Shown one piece after another: positions 49,123-63,500 of a stretch of 64,000 nt of DNA; position 1 is the first letter of the stretch, and every line of letters begins with the position of its first letter. A model generated the notes under the pieces. The model was given only the letters and a program-made list of their open reading frames with translations, had not been told where the DNA came from and made no database searches. The position numbers were made by a program, and so were the translations under genes. The DNA is from Nemertoderma westbladi (Eukaryota; Animalia; Xenacoelomorpha): positions 70,901-134,900 of the forward strand of contig JAUCBJ010007860.1 in the NCBI GenBank assembly GCA_032718475.1. Reading direction: 5' to 3'.

Positions 49123-51300
49123 GTTTAGTTATACAGTTGAATGTCTACTACTATAGTTTCAGTTAAAGCAAGTCTGGTAATTCAGTATGACCGCAAGCCT
49201 AGCGATTTATTACCGGTACCGTTACTCGGTGTAACGTGATATATACACAATATATTAGAATACCGGTATGCTTATAATATATAAGTATTATTACAGACTA
49301 GATTTGTCACAGAGTACCGGTATATAATTTTAGCACAAATATATATATATATAGTAGGCCTATAATGAATACCGGTATACAGCTTACACTTACAGCATGT
49401 AAGTATAATTATGAACTAGAATTAATTACAGAGTACCGGTATGATTTCAGCTCAAATTTATAGAGATAAATATAATAAGCCTATAGTGAGTACCGGTATG
49501 TCAATTATTTTAGAATAATTGAATCTCTGAATATTTTAGGGCTACTTGGTTACTTTAACTTACTTTGTTACCGTTATTTAAGCAGTAGTCCAACTGATAG
49601 TGAGACCTAGTTGTTGTATGGCAGGCCTACTATTTATAAATCGTTTGAGTTGATTTATAATATTTATATACCCGTTATATGGGTTTTTGTCAATATTTGA
49701 AATAAATGTTATTATTTCTGGGGGAGTCACTACACAGAAGCTGAACGCCTCTCAGTGAAGTACTATTTATTTGACACTAAAACTGATAATTCTAATTTAC
49801 CTAAGTTACTTAATACTACAAATTACTTACGATACGGGTGAGATCAATTCTCTAATTAAACACAACAAAATATTACGTACGAAATTTTTAGGGTAATTTT
49901 ACAGGAAGTCTACAAACCAGTCCAACAAAGGGTTAGATTTCTGGTTATTACAAAGGACAGGGTACTACGGTATTTAAATAATAAGTAGTAGTAAATATAT
50001 TGTACTGTCCAGATAGGAAAATACCACCGCCTGACGACCTATAACCGTATCGCTATAGGTACTACGTTATGTATCCCGGATTGTTCCTACCCAGAAGCTA
50101 ATAGAGCTAACGAATGTGCCTATCAACCACTTTACAACACAAATATACTGCCTACACTAATTACTTCGGAAAGCACTGTACACTAAACCCTAAATTAGGT
50201 ACAAGTACCGGTATAACAAATAATCAGTAGTTAAATATACTTGAACAGTTAAAAGAACCACGGCATCTGCTGGAGTGACCGAAGCACAAAGTCGTCAGTC
50301 TTTACCTACGCCAAGCAGCCCTGATGTAGTACCGGGGTTAGTTTAACTATAACGGTATGTGTAACAAACACAATTACTGTAGGAATAAACTTGGGGACAT
50401 GAATGTTGCGAATAATCGCATAAACTCTGAATAATAAATATTACGCTACCCGTACAGAATACTCAAACAAATACAAACCAAAACGCTGGCAGACTACTAT
50501 CAAGCCTAAACAAACTACAGTATGTGCAGATTCTGAAACTGTTAGTTAGTATGCGTTCTAACACGGTAGTACGACTTACTCTTTAAGAGGGGATTGACCT
50601 TACCGCTTATGGCTGCCCCAACTTACTAACGGCACTTTATCAGACCAACTCTACACACGCAGCAATCCCTTCAGGCCTAAGAATAGCTAGACAACAATCC
50701 AGCCTACCAATATTTGAGTAATAACTATTACGGTACCTGAACAGACCACACAAACAAGCACAGGCTAAAACACTGGCAGACTACGATCAAGCCTAGATAA
50801 ACTACAGTATATGCAGACTCTGAAACTGTTAGTTAGTATGCGTTCTAACACGGTAGTACGACTTATTCTTTAAGAGGGGATTGACCTTACCGCATATGGC
50901 TGCCCCAACTTACTAACGGCACTTTATCAGACAAACTCTACACACGCCGTAATCTCTCCAAACTCAACAACAGTCAGACAGCAGCTCAGCCTACAATTAT
51001 CTGAACAATCTGAGCAGGGTCACACGCCTTCTGCTCAATATTAGCCTACTAGTAAATAAAACCGACAGAAATAAGTAGGATCTCAAATAAAAATCAGGGC
51101 GGCCGTTCCCCGATTAAGTACCAAGACCTACCGGTATACAACAATCAAAATCGAATAATACTAATGTACTTGTACAGCAGTACCGGTACCGGTGATGACA
51201 GTTAGGCCTACTGACCTACAGAAGCACCGGTTCAGTTTTACCAGTCACTACGGTATTTTGCAACCTTATTGCTTACTGCAATAAGATTATAAACTGTTAC

Positions 51301-52558
51301 TGTTCGCGCTTTTGAAGACCTTTAGCAGTTTAACCTGCCAAAATTTATATGTCTTTTAGTTAATTAAAACCACTTTAGCATATGACAATATTTTATGCTA
51401 ATACGCAAAACATTAGCCGAAGGCAGCCCATGCGCGATCATTCACCCGATGGATCTACACCCGGGAGGCTGAATTCGGATGCTTAAATTGTATTATTGCA
51501 GTGTAAGGTTGCAGTGTATACCTACTGTATTATTCGATAGATCGTTAATAATTAATCTCTGACAGATATTATTGGCTTTCGGGAAATATTAACAGTTCCT
51601 TTAGGACGTGGCGCTTTATCTATTTAAACAGAACTAAGACTTATACTAAAACGCAACGATACTGCTTATGATTAAAGTATAAAGCATATTCTTTAGGAAA
51701 TACTTTGTTACCAATCACAATCATACACACTATTCTGCCGACCGTCAGTATATTTGATCATACATAAAGAGAGCAGCAATTGACTCACGTAGGGTCTGCT
51801 AAATAACATTGGATTCAATACACACCACATTAATATAAATCGCAATTGTTATGTATAGCCGGTCTCTCTAACCTGTAGTGTTATCAAGAAAATTGGGAAT
51901 TTGGGTGATTTATCCGTATTATCCAAAGAGCAATATTTCCATCAACAAATAGGTACAATTAATAACTGACAGTAAATAACAGTACAAACAATATGATTAA
52001 TGCAGTTAAATTAAGTAAGTATGTTAAGATGCGTTAAAATTCGATTGATTAATTAGATTCGATTCGGTAACAGTTTATACTTTCGATAATTTAAGCAGTT
52101 TTACTAGAGTTCTTCCCAAAAGGCCGGTGTTTCTGGCTTAGACAGCAATAACAACAAAGTATCAAGTAAAAACAGTAAGACTGAACACTCTCCTTATGAT
52201 CGGCTGAAAAGCTACACGTCGACAGGAAAAATCGCTCTGATTGGCTCAAGCCAAACAAAGAACCATGCGTCCAATGGCTGTTTCCATGTCAGCAACCAGC
52301 TGTTAGATGTCGTAATATGAATCATCACGGCTAAGCTGTGAAAGGTAGTTGGTGCATTACAGGTTTTTTGCCTTACCATGTCCGCCAAAACACGTATATA
52401 GCAGAATGATTTTTATGTCCGTTAAAACACCTGTAAAGGTACCTTGCGGGCGAGGGGAATATATATACAGTTAGAGAACCCTTTTAGAGTATTCCAGCGC
52501 CTGGGGGGAACTGGCCAGCAAAGGCAAACGTATCAGTTATCCCACAAAAGCTTTTACA
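51301..52558 (-). repeat. 5' LTR of element 2
   Basis: Direct repeat of 33738-34995. Confidence 0.96.
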
Positions 52559-55532
52559 CTACTCCTCCGCCATTTCTCAACCGTTTTTTGCAATTTTTGA
52601 TTTATATGAAAGGTAATTTCATAAGCTTCATAAATTTCGACCAGTTTTATGATTTCATAATATTTCCCCACTTTTTTATTATTTTTTATATATTTCCCCA
52701 CTTTTTTAATATTTTTTATATATTTTCCAATTATCAGAAATAGAAAATGAAAATACAAAAAGTGGTCGAAAAATATTATGAAAATGAACATGCTGGTTTC
52801 AAAAAATGTGGTATCAAAAAGAAAATAACGGAGGAGTAGGGTCTAGTCTTTTAAGCGAAATTTTTCAAATCTCAAGCCAGCCGCTAGGTGGCGTCAAAAA
52901 TGTTTTTTCACACTTTTATTTACTTTTTAGTTCATTATCTTTTCGATGGTATATCGTTTTGTGCGCATTTTTCAACCACATTGGAGATATAAGAAGGGGG
53001 GGGGGGGGGGTACCTGATGACGAATAAAGTTCCTGACGTATGATAGCGGATTGTAGTTCCCCTGTACTACAGTACAATGATGGACCTTATGCTTATATGA
53101 TCCCCGATTGTACAGAATGTTCCCGGTCCGTATAATAACAGATTGTATGTCCCCCTATTCCTATTGTATAAGGGGTTACATTATTTTTTAGTTTTTTATT
53201 ATATTTCTATTATTTTAGTTCCAATTAGGTCTAGAGTTCAAGGTCTCGTCGGTTGCAGAACATGTTTCGTAATGGTGGACTGCCGGTAATTTTGAAATAA
53301 GGGGCTTACTGTGGCTTTGGATTGTGAGCTTGTATTTCATTCACACAGTATAGTTCAAAATGGAGACTTAAATTACCTTCAGATATTTCGACATCTAGTG
53401 TGAAATGGATAGAATGGCAAACTCAGATGGATCAGTGTCAACATAGATACGCAGCTTTTGGTCTAGTAAATATCTGCCCAAGTTTCAGCATAAACGAATT
53501 TAAACCAATGAAATAGGAGACGGTTTTCTCTTTTAAACATTTCACGTCTAGCGCTAGACTGGAGAATTGCAGAAAGTTCAGTGTCTTCGCGAAGAAGCAG
53601 TCTGTGGCGATCTGCAAATTTTAAAATGTTTTCACTTTAACACGTTGCTCCATCTAGCGGTAGAAATAAAAACTGCACATAGATAATATAAGCTTACAGT
53701 ACACAGAAAGACCAAAAACTGGTTTGCAAATTTTTCTCGAAACTTTTAACATAATACAGATCACGTGTTCCACGTTGGTTACATTTAATCGAGGATTGAA
53801 GTTGAAAAGGACTATTATTTGATTAAAAAAAAAAGTACGCAGAAAACACCGTTTTGTTCACTAATTGTCAATTTATCGAAATTCACTTGCCGAGTGTTGA
53901 GTTTTACACAAGTTTTTAGAATGTCAACGAGTAGAAAACTCAACGCACGTACAGTTAATAAGGTATTATTGAACTGTTTTGTGGTATTTTGGTGTATTCT
54001 GTGTGATATTTTGGGTAATTCGAAGGACCCGAAGATTCGAATAAATGTAGCATCATCATTCTCATTAAATTTTGCAGATCGTCAAGAATGATGATACTAC
54101 TGTATTAGGCCTATGGTTTACCAAGTCCGGTACTTCTCGTTTTCATTCTGCTCGATGGGCCGGGTGGGGCTATACATGTACCGTTATTATAATTCAGTGA
54201 TTGTACAGTACTATTTGGGGCGAGCCACGCAGTCAGGGCGAGCCTTAGCGCACAATTATAATAAGTAAACAGGGCAACTTTCATGTCCGTCTGTCTGTTT
54301 GTCTGTCCGTCTGTAATGAAAAATTCATTCGTAAATAACTTTTGAAGAATTTAACCATTTTCAACCATATTCTGTATGGGAATACTAGAGAAAAATTTCC
54401 AATATTTTTGAAAGTTACGGGAAAATACCTCTCGAACTTTTGACTCCAGATCAAAAGGAACTTGTTCAAGTTCGCGTGCCGCGTACTTTTTACAAACGGA
54501 GTACAAAGCAGGCGGGTTATTGACATACAGTATATCTAACTACTGCTAACTCAACCCATCAATGTGTGAGAGGTATGCTGAATAATTACAGTAGTTTTAA
54601 AAAAAGTAAAAAATTAGCAAATAATTGAAATTTCCATAGATTAGTATTTATTTATAATTAATTAGTCCACTTTAGATTTGTCATGGTACCGGTCGGTAGC
54701 CTACAGTAGACAGCTGCGCGTAGCGTATGCATTACCTTTCGACGCTTATTCACTCCCAATTATCTGCCGCTACTTCGTTAGTGACTGCCTCAATCCGATA
54801 ATTATAATTACTTGCGTAATTTTATTGTGAATAAAAGAGAATTCAATCAAATGTTAAATTGAAAAGTGAAGAAAAGTCTTTATTCTTAAATTGTAACTTT
54901 TTCGCTCGAATATACTCCAAAATCGGGAGAAAAATGAGTACTTTTTCCCTAGGGAAAAAAGTAACCCATAGGATTGCATGGATTTTATTTTTTATCCCTG
55001 TGAAAAAAGTAAAATAAAACATTTTTCGTGGAATTTCTTAAATTATAATGAATGGGAGATTCTTTTAGGCTCATTATTAGTCATTAAGCCAAGGGAGTGC
55101 CTGTTCACCACCATGGGTGATCTTCCACAGTAAACCCTTCCACTCTGTTTACCAAGTTGCTTAAATGGGAAACAGATTTGGGAATTAAATTAATATTACA
55201 TGCGTTGAAATAGTATCGAAACAGAAAAGGGTTGCAAGTATTTTGAGCAAAAACCATGCACACATTCAAAAGTAATGGAAATTTAGTGTCTGCGCGGCGT
55301 ACTCCAAAACGGAACTCAATATCCAATATTGGTTTATGTTGTTAAGTGGCTCTCTAGTTACGTAGTAAATATTCTAGAACACTAAATTAATTTAACATTG
55401 AGTAAAGGCAGCATCAGGAGTTGATTAGTACAATAATTTGAATCGCATTAACTATGGAAGCAATATAGTAAAATATTAGAGTTCAATTTATTTTGTAACA
55501 CTATTTCGTTCTATCTTTTATTAAAGAGTTAA

Positions 55533-56442
55533 GGATAGTTATTTTTACAGAACACAATCGAACACACAAGAACACCCCCCGAACACACTCCAGAAAACTG
55601 CCGAACACAATCGAACACAGTCGAAAATAGAAAGCGCACAAAAAAATAACACCGGGTACCAACTTTTAGATAAAATTAGCCTCGCGTTGCTTTTCTATAA
55701 GGAAATTCCCGACATTTTTGAATAAAATTGTCGCGAAATTAAATATTCATTTCTTATCAGGTAGGCCTATCATTTGTTGTGTACTGCGGTACTGTATAAC
55801 AACTATGTAGGGAGGCCTACCGGGTACTGCAGTACTGTCTGTACCTGTCACATATATAGTAATAGCGGCAGCGGGTTAGCTAATAGGCCTGTTTGCCTAT
55901 GTACTGGAATAGCTTGGTCTGGGACTAATTGCTGAGGATATGAATTAGAAGTTTAGGCCCGTTACCGTACCCGTACGTACTGTACATGACGTACTGTAAA
56001 ACATAGGTACCGGTACCTACCAGCCTACTGCTGCACTGGAATATAGCCTAAAGAACTGGGTCCCGGTTAGGTACCTACCAGCCTACCCTGGCAGATACCG
56101 GTAGGGATCTCTGACCCGGTGCTAATCACACTTAACTTAGGCTTACTAAAGTCTGACAGTACTGACAGTACTACTATTTTAAAATATTAGTTGTTGCCTT
56201 AGGCTAGGCCTGATCTAATAATAAAAATGAATATTTAATTTCGCGACAATTCTATTCAATAGTTTCGGTAATTTTCTTATAGAAAAGCAACGCGTGGCTA
56301 ATTTTATCTAAAAGTTGGTAACCTGTGTTATTTTTTTGTGCTCTTTCTTTTTTCGACTGTGTTCGATTGTGTTCGGCAGTTTTTGGAGTGTGTTCGGGTA
56401 TGGTCTACTGTGTTCGCTTGTGTTCTGTAAAAAGATCTATCC
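55533..56442. mobile_element. Foldback/MULE-like MITE with ~220-bp terminal inverted repeats
   Basis: GGATAG..TTTTTACAGAACACAA.. mirrored by ..TTGTGTTCTGTAAAAAGATCTATCC; arms ~55533-55750 and ~56225-56442; TSD only partial (gagtt). Confidence 0.75.
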
Positions 56443-57282
56443 GAGTTGGTTAAAAACTAAGTGGTTAAAAAGTTACAATTTAAGAATAACAATTTTTGTT
56501 CATTATTCTCTCGACCATTTATTAACCTCGCTGGCGCTCGGTAAATAGAATGCCTCGAGAATAGTGAACAAAAGTTCTAATTTTTCCCATGTAAAAAAAT
56601 ATTAATTTTTAACTATTTTTTTACTTTTTTTTTAACTAAAGCAAATTAGTGTAAAAAGGTTAGATTAATTCACTCACGTTTAAAAATATTGGTGAGAAAA
56701 AGGGGATTTTTCAAATAAAACAAAGTTTTCTTCGGGAATAATTATATTACGCACAAAATCTGACGACTAATTTCCAGTGCGGATCCCCTGAAACATTATT
56801 CCCCTGGGGAAATTGGTAGGTCGTTTACCGACCATAAGGATACATTTGAAAATAAATTCGTTTTTTCTCGCTCCGCCGAATTTTTTTTGTACGCCGATCA
56901 TCATTATCATCGAGCCACAATGGAAAGCGTAACACTTCAACACTTCGAAAGTCTACGTTAACATTTCGAAAAGTAAAACATTGAAGGTGAGTATGGTAAG
57001 ACAGTGCTGAGTAAGTCAACGGCCTATCAAAGGGTATCCTAGCAATTACAGTATAACGTGAATTGTATAGCGAATTATATCCTAGATAGTGGCTCATGTT
57101 GAAGCGCTGTTGGCTTTCATTTTATCCGAAATACAAAATAAATTAAATGGTAACAAAATTGTATAAAAAAATAAGTTTTCGTTTTTATTACTTTCAGTAT
57201 TATTTAGAAGTGTTGCCATGGGCACTAAATTCATTTCGAAGAGTTGTCCACTTCGAAGAGTTCACCTTTGTTGACACGGTGA

Positions 57283-57498
57283 CGCAATCCATTCATACGG
57301 GGGCGAGATCTGGTACCTGACTGGCGCAATCCATTCATACGGGGGCGAGATCTGGTAACTGACTGACGCAATCCATTCATACGGGGGCGAGATCTGGTAC
57401 CTGACTGGCGCAATCCATTCATACGGGGGCGAGATCTGGTACCTGACTGGCGCAATCCATTCATACGGGGGCGAGATCTGGTACCTGACTGGCGCAAT
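57283..57498. repeat. 42-bp minisatellite, 5 copies
   Basis: CGCAATCCATTCATACGGGGGCGAGATCTGGTACCTGACTGG repeated head to tail. Confidence 0.95.
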
Positions 57499-57548
57499 CA
57501 CTTGAGTAACGAATTTATGGTTGGTTACAGAAGACTAGTAATAGCAGC

Positions 57549-60500
57549 TGTAAAAGCTTTTGTGGGATAACTGATTCGTTTGCCTTGTTGGCCAGTTCCC
57601 CCCCAGTCGCTAAGAATACTCTCAAAGTGATCTACAGCTAAAAATAGTGCAAGTTACCAGCTTATTGGCTGATTTGCTGTACGCAGGCATCTGGGCTCTG
57701 TTTAATCGGCCAACAAGCCTAGGGAGGTTGCGTCATAGCCTTGTTTTTGTATCTCCCAATAGAATTTTGAGTTAGCCTTGATTTTGACCAATCACAGAGT
57801 ACTGAACTGAAAATTTCCTATCTCACTGCTCTTTCTCTGTGTTGAACGGGAGCTTCGTGGAATAAGAGTGGTTGGTATACTCGTATAGAGCAGTAGTCAC
57901 GAGTTTTTCAAAGCCACGAAAGAACGGCTTTTTAGTGTTTTGTGCTTTCTGCTTTTTAGCTCAACACTAGTAGGTTTAATTACAAGGACATATATCCTTT
58001 AACTGACGAAACAAACACTCTGCAATTTCGTAATCACTGCATACTGCAGTACTGCATACTGTGTAACACTGTGCATACTTTTATACTGCATACTGCTATT
58101 TGTTGTCGGTTATTCATTATATTTGTTGATGAATTATTATATTGGAATAACGAGAAATAACCCCGACACCCAATATTCTTGATATACCGAAGGTAAGAGA
58201 GAAAGGTTACAGATAAACGATTGTGACTTATGTTAAAGTGGTTTGAAGTGAATCTAATGTTATTTGATAGACCCTACATGAGTCAGTCTGTGTTCCTTTT
58301 ATATGTGACTAAAATCAGTGAAGATCGGCAGATTAGTGTGCAGTATTGTGCAGCATTGTGTATGAGTGAGTCTGTTAAAGAAGCATTCCTAAAGAATGCG
58401 CCATATATGTGAATTATAATTAAGCCATATCGTTGTGAGTAGTTTAAGTCATAACTCTGTTTATGTAGATAAAGCGCCACGTCCTAAAGGAACTGTTAAT
58501 ATTACCGAAGGTGAATAATATTGTCAGAGATTATATAATACTGTCAGTCGAATAATACATTAGGCTTACATAGCAACAAAATTAAACCGTCGAACCCAAT
58601 CTCCCGGGAATATCCAGCGGGTGAATGGTCGCGCACGGATTGGTTTCGACTAGTGTAGTGAATCAAATACTTGTCATAGGCTAAAAAGCGATTTAATATC
58701 TGGAAGACATCTTGATTTGGCGGGTTAAACTGCCAAAGGTCTGAAAGCGCGAACATTAAAGGATATAGCTTCTTTGTTGCAGTAAGCAATAAAGTTGAAA
58801 GTACCGGTCAACCGGTAAACCTGAACCGGTACATTCTGTAGGTCAGTAGGCCTAACTGTTCTAACCGGTACTTCCGTATAAGTACACTAGTATTATTCGA
58901 TTTGATTGTTGTATACCGGTAGGCTGTTTAAGGGATTAGGGATTGATCACCCCTTATTCCTTTATATGGTTTACTTATTTCTGTCAAGTTTTATTTATTT
59001 GTAGGCCAGTATTGAACAGAAGGCGTGTAAGCCTGATCAGATAGTACAGACGATTTGTAGGCTGAGCTGTTGTCTGATTGCTGTTAAGTCCGAACGAATT
59101 GCAGTGTGTGTAGATCATCTGTCCGATTAAGTACGATTAGGCAGTAGGGGCAGCGAACGCTGTAAGGTAATCCCCCAACTAAAGAATAAGTCGCACTACT
59201 GGGTTAGAGCGCATACTCCCTAATCATTTCGGAGTCTGCATGTCCTGTGGTTTATTTAGGCTTGAGAGTGGTCTGCCATCGTTTAGTCTGTACTTTGTTT
59301 GTGTAAGTCTGTACGGGTAGCGTATAATTTTATTTAGATAATTTGTAGGCTGGATAGTTGTCTGGCTGTTATTAGGTCTGAACGGATTGCCGCGTGTGTA
59401 GATCATCTGTCCGATTAAGTACGATTAGGCAGTAGGGGCAGCGAACGCTGTAAGGTAATCCCCCAACTAAAGAATAAGTCGCACTACTGGGTTAGAGCGC
59501 ATACTCCCTAATCATTTCGGAGTCTGCATATACCGTAGTTTGTTTAGGCTTGATAGTAGTCTGTCAGTGTTCGGTCTGTATTTTGTTTGAGTGGTTTGTA
59601 CGCGTAGCGTAATATTTATTATTCAGAGTTTATGCGATTATTCGCAACATTCATTCCCCAAGTTTGTTCCTACAGTAATTGTGTTTGTTATACATACCGC
59701 TATAGTTAAATTAACCCCGGTACTACACGGGCTGCTCGGCGTAGGTAAAGACTGGTGATTTTGTGCATCGGTCACTCCAGCAGATGCCGTGGTTCTTTTA
59801 GCTGTTCAAGTATATTTAACTACTGATTGTCTGTTATATAAGTACTCGTACCTAATTTAGGGTTTAGTGTACAGTACTTTCCGAAGTAATTATTGTAGAC
59901 ATTATATTTGTGTTGTAAAGTGGTTGATAGGCACATTCGATTAGCTCTATTAACTTCTAGGTAGGAACACTCCGTGATACATAACGTAGAACCTATAGCG
60001 ATACGGCTATAGGTCGTCAGGCGGTGGTATTTTCCTATCTAGACAACGCAGTGTATTTACTACTACTTATTATTTCAAAACACCGTAGTACCCTGTCCGT
60101 TGTAATAACCGGTATTCTAACCCTTTGTTAGGCTGGTTTGTAGACTTCTTGTAAAATTACCCTAAAAATTCGTATTTGTGTTTTGTAAATTTTTGTGTTT
60201 ATTTAGAGATTGTAATCTCAACCCGAATTGTACGTAATTTGTAGTATTAAGTAACTTAGGTAAATTAGAATTATTTGTTTTAGTGTCCTATACGTAACAC
60301 TTCACTGAAAGCGCACCGCTTTGTGTAGTGATTACTCCCCAGAAATAATAACATTTATTTCAAACATTGACTAAACCCATTAAAACGGGTATAAATACAT
60401 TATAAATCAAATCTAACGATTTATAAATAGTAGGCCTACCATAAAACCATTAGGTCTCAATATCAGTTGGACTGCTGCTCAAATAACGGTAATAAAGTAA

Positions 60501-63500
60501 GTAAAGTAACAAAGTAACTCTAAAGTAACAGAAATTCAATTATTTGAAATAATTGATATACCGGTATTTACGATAGGCCTATTATCTTTATTTCTATAAA
60601 TCTAGGCTGAAATTATACCGGTACTTGTAATTAATTCTATTTCAGAATTATATATTCTACAAACTGTAAGCTGTATACCGGTATTCCGATAGGCCTATTG
60701 TATATTTATATATATTTGTGCTAAAATTATACCGGTATTCTGTGATAAACCTAGTCTGTAATAATACTTATATAGTTATATATACTATAAGTATACCGAT
60801 ATTCTAATATATTATATATATATCACGCTACACTGAGTAGCAGTACCGGTAATTAATTACTAGGCTAGCAGTTAATACTGAGTTACTAGACTTGCTCAGA
60901 CTGTAATACAGCAGTAGACATTCAACTGTACACATAAGCATGTCTGACGCAAAGCAGAACCTGTCAGACAGTCTACTAGATACAACCGAGAGCGAAGCGA
61001 CGGCAGAGAAGCCGCATAAGAGGGATGCCATTGATATCTATTTGTCAGACTATCAACGCTTTGTCGGAGATGAAGAGTTGAGGAGAAGGCTGGAGGGGCT
61101 TAGCCCTAATAGTGAAGGAACCAAGCTTGTGTTGGATGCCATCGATGCGGAAATGTTAGCTGCGAACCAGGCTAAATTTGATGAACAACTCCGCATCACA
61201 CGAGTCCAAGAAGAGCAAGTAAAGAAAAAACTTATAGAACACAGAAAGAAAGCGGCAGTGGCAGCGGCAGAGGCAAAAGCGGCCGAAGCTGGAAGAAAAG
61301 CGGCAGCGGCAGCGGCAAAGGCAGCGGCAGCGGCCGAAGCTGAAAGAAAGGTGGCCGAGGCTGAAAGAAAGGCCGCAGAGGCAGTGGCAGAAGCCGAACG
61401 GAGAGCGACTGAAGAAACCACCCAACTAGAATTGGAATACATTCAGGAGAATCAAGACTGCATAAATAAACAGTTAACAGCTAGTAATATGCAGATGATG
61501 AATCGATCTACTCCCAAAAGACAGGGATATACATCATCTGAGGAAGGCGATACCACCGATACTGAAGGCAAAGGAAATAGATCTCGTCTAAGCAGACATA
61601 AAAGAACATTCCACCGTCAGAAATTGCCTGATTTGCCTCCAGCTGTTAGAAGGCAACTAAATAACACCAACTTAGGTAGTACAGAGCCCACAGACCAAAT
61701 AATTACAATAGAAAGACTCCCTACTATAGTAGATGAGCCTGAAATAAGTAGGCCTGTTCTTGAAATTACCCCTTCGGTAATAGATACACCTGTGCTCCCT
61801 GAAGCTACCTATAAATTCCCTCTGCATAGCACTAAGCTACCTGTGCCCCGTAGAACTGCCCAGGAGACAGTTCAGGTCCTGGACCCCGAGCGAAATATTC
61901 CAAATTTGTCGCCCGTTGTCCCTCGTCTGCCCGCTACGACGTTGGCGGATCCCGTTTCGGCGGTTGATTGGGTAGACGAGAGACGGCGGGGGATGGATAT
62001 TCTCCTAGGAGAGATGAATGAGAATCGGATACGCTCTTCCCAACAGGTCCGAGAGTTGGAAGGGACTGTCCAACATTTAAAGGGAACAGTGAGGGAAAGT
62101 AAGTTAGAGTTGCAAGAAGTGCAGCAAAGTATCGCGTTAGAACGCGATAAATTAGTAAATACTCAAAGAGGTATACCACCACCCTCTGTAACAATGTGTC
62201 AACCTGTTAGGTCTGAAGTATCTCATGCGCAAGGTGTGGAGCCTACACGCATCTATACTGCTAGCGAAGTAGAAACTCCTATAGTGAACCCTATTAAGGG
62301 TAATTATAAACTTGTTGATAATGATATTCCATATAGACCTGATCATAATCCGAGAAATTTAGATACCAATAATTCTATATTCAATAATACGATGGCTCAA
62401 GAAAGTTTTACGCGTCAAATGGCTAGAACCGAAGCCCGTCAAGCGGTAAAGGTTGGAGAGATTGTCAAGTTCAATGGAGATGAGATGAAATGGTTACCTT
62501 TTAATGAATATTACAAAGATAACATACAGAACTCTGTACTATCTAACGGAGAGAAACTTAGATTCCTCATCGAATGTTTGGAAGGACCTCCCAAGTCAAT
62601 GGCGTTAAAATTTATTGGACATCCAGATGGATTAAGACAAGTTTGGGATACACTAAACATCAGGTATGGTAATAGGAATGACATAGCTGGGTATTTGTAT
62701 GCAAAATTAATGGCGCCCCGAAAGTTTCTTAGCAGCGGGATTATAGAGTTTTCCGATGAGATTCAGGAGATCTGTAGACAATTAGATTGGCTAGGTAAGT
62801 CTCATGAATACCAGAATTCTATGGTTGTAAGAGCCTTAGCATCTGCTTTGCCCAAGGGTGGAGTAGGTACACGCTGGGATAAGAAGGTGTTATATATGAT
62901 GGAACAACAACGACGAGACCCTACCATGACTGATCTCATGTCATTCTTAGATAGAGAAGTGAAATTACAGCTCCTAAGGCAGTCCAGAGAGAAGACATTG
63001 GAAAACAAGGTAAGTGAGAAACCCGTTTCTAGGAGAAGGGTAACACCAGTATGTTATACCGACGACGGTGAAAGCCAAACCTCTCAAGGAGAGGACAGCG
63101 GGAAAGACACTGACAGGCCTTATTATGTCAATAAAATGCCTAAAGAACAGGTAAGTAAATCCAAGTCTCGACCCAATGACAGAAGGGAACCGGTACAAAA
63201 AACCCCTCCTACGTCTCCTAAAGGAATTCAGGTGAGAAAGCCCGAGGAAAGAACAAGTGTGCACCACATAGCACAGGTTAAAGTAAGTAACATCAAGCCG
63301 AAATGTGTGCTGTGCGACGGGCCCCACCGTTTAAATGCGTGTGATAAATTCCTGAGGAAATCACTCGAGGATAGACGTGAAGTCATGTGGGATAAGCGGT
63401 TGTGTTATAATTGCCTCAGACGAGGACACCAACGGCGAACCTGTAACTCCGACGCAAGGTGTGCAAAGTGCGGCGCAAATCATCATATCTTGTTGCACAC

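Larger units (their letters stand above)
33738..52558 (-). mobile_element. Full-length BEL/Pao LTR retrotransposon 2 (18.8 kb), TSD CTACT
   Basis: 1258-bp TG..CA LTRs; CTACT at 33733-37 and 52559-63; purine tract GGGAGCGG (minus strand) before the 3' LTR. Confidence 0.97.

Noticed and set aside
50010-50075. CTGACGA followed by a hairpin (also near 59990-60035) as a hammerhead
   Set aside because: No GAAA after stem II, and only about 9 nt between the upstream GAAA and CUGA, too short for stems I and III
54280-54320. (GTCT/GTCC)n tract suggesting a Helitron/HINE-type repeat (similar tract near 33490)
   Set aside because: Element boundaries could not be defined from this window
57231-57501. 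Repetitive ORFs or a CRISPR array
   Set aside because: Pure head-to-tail 42-bp minisatellite; frames stay open because the unit is a multiple of 3
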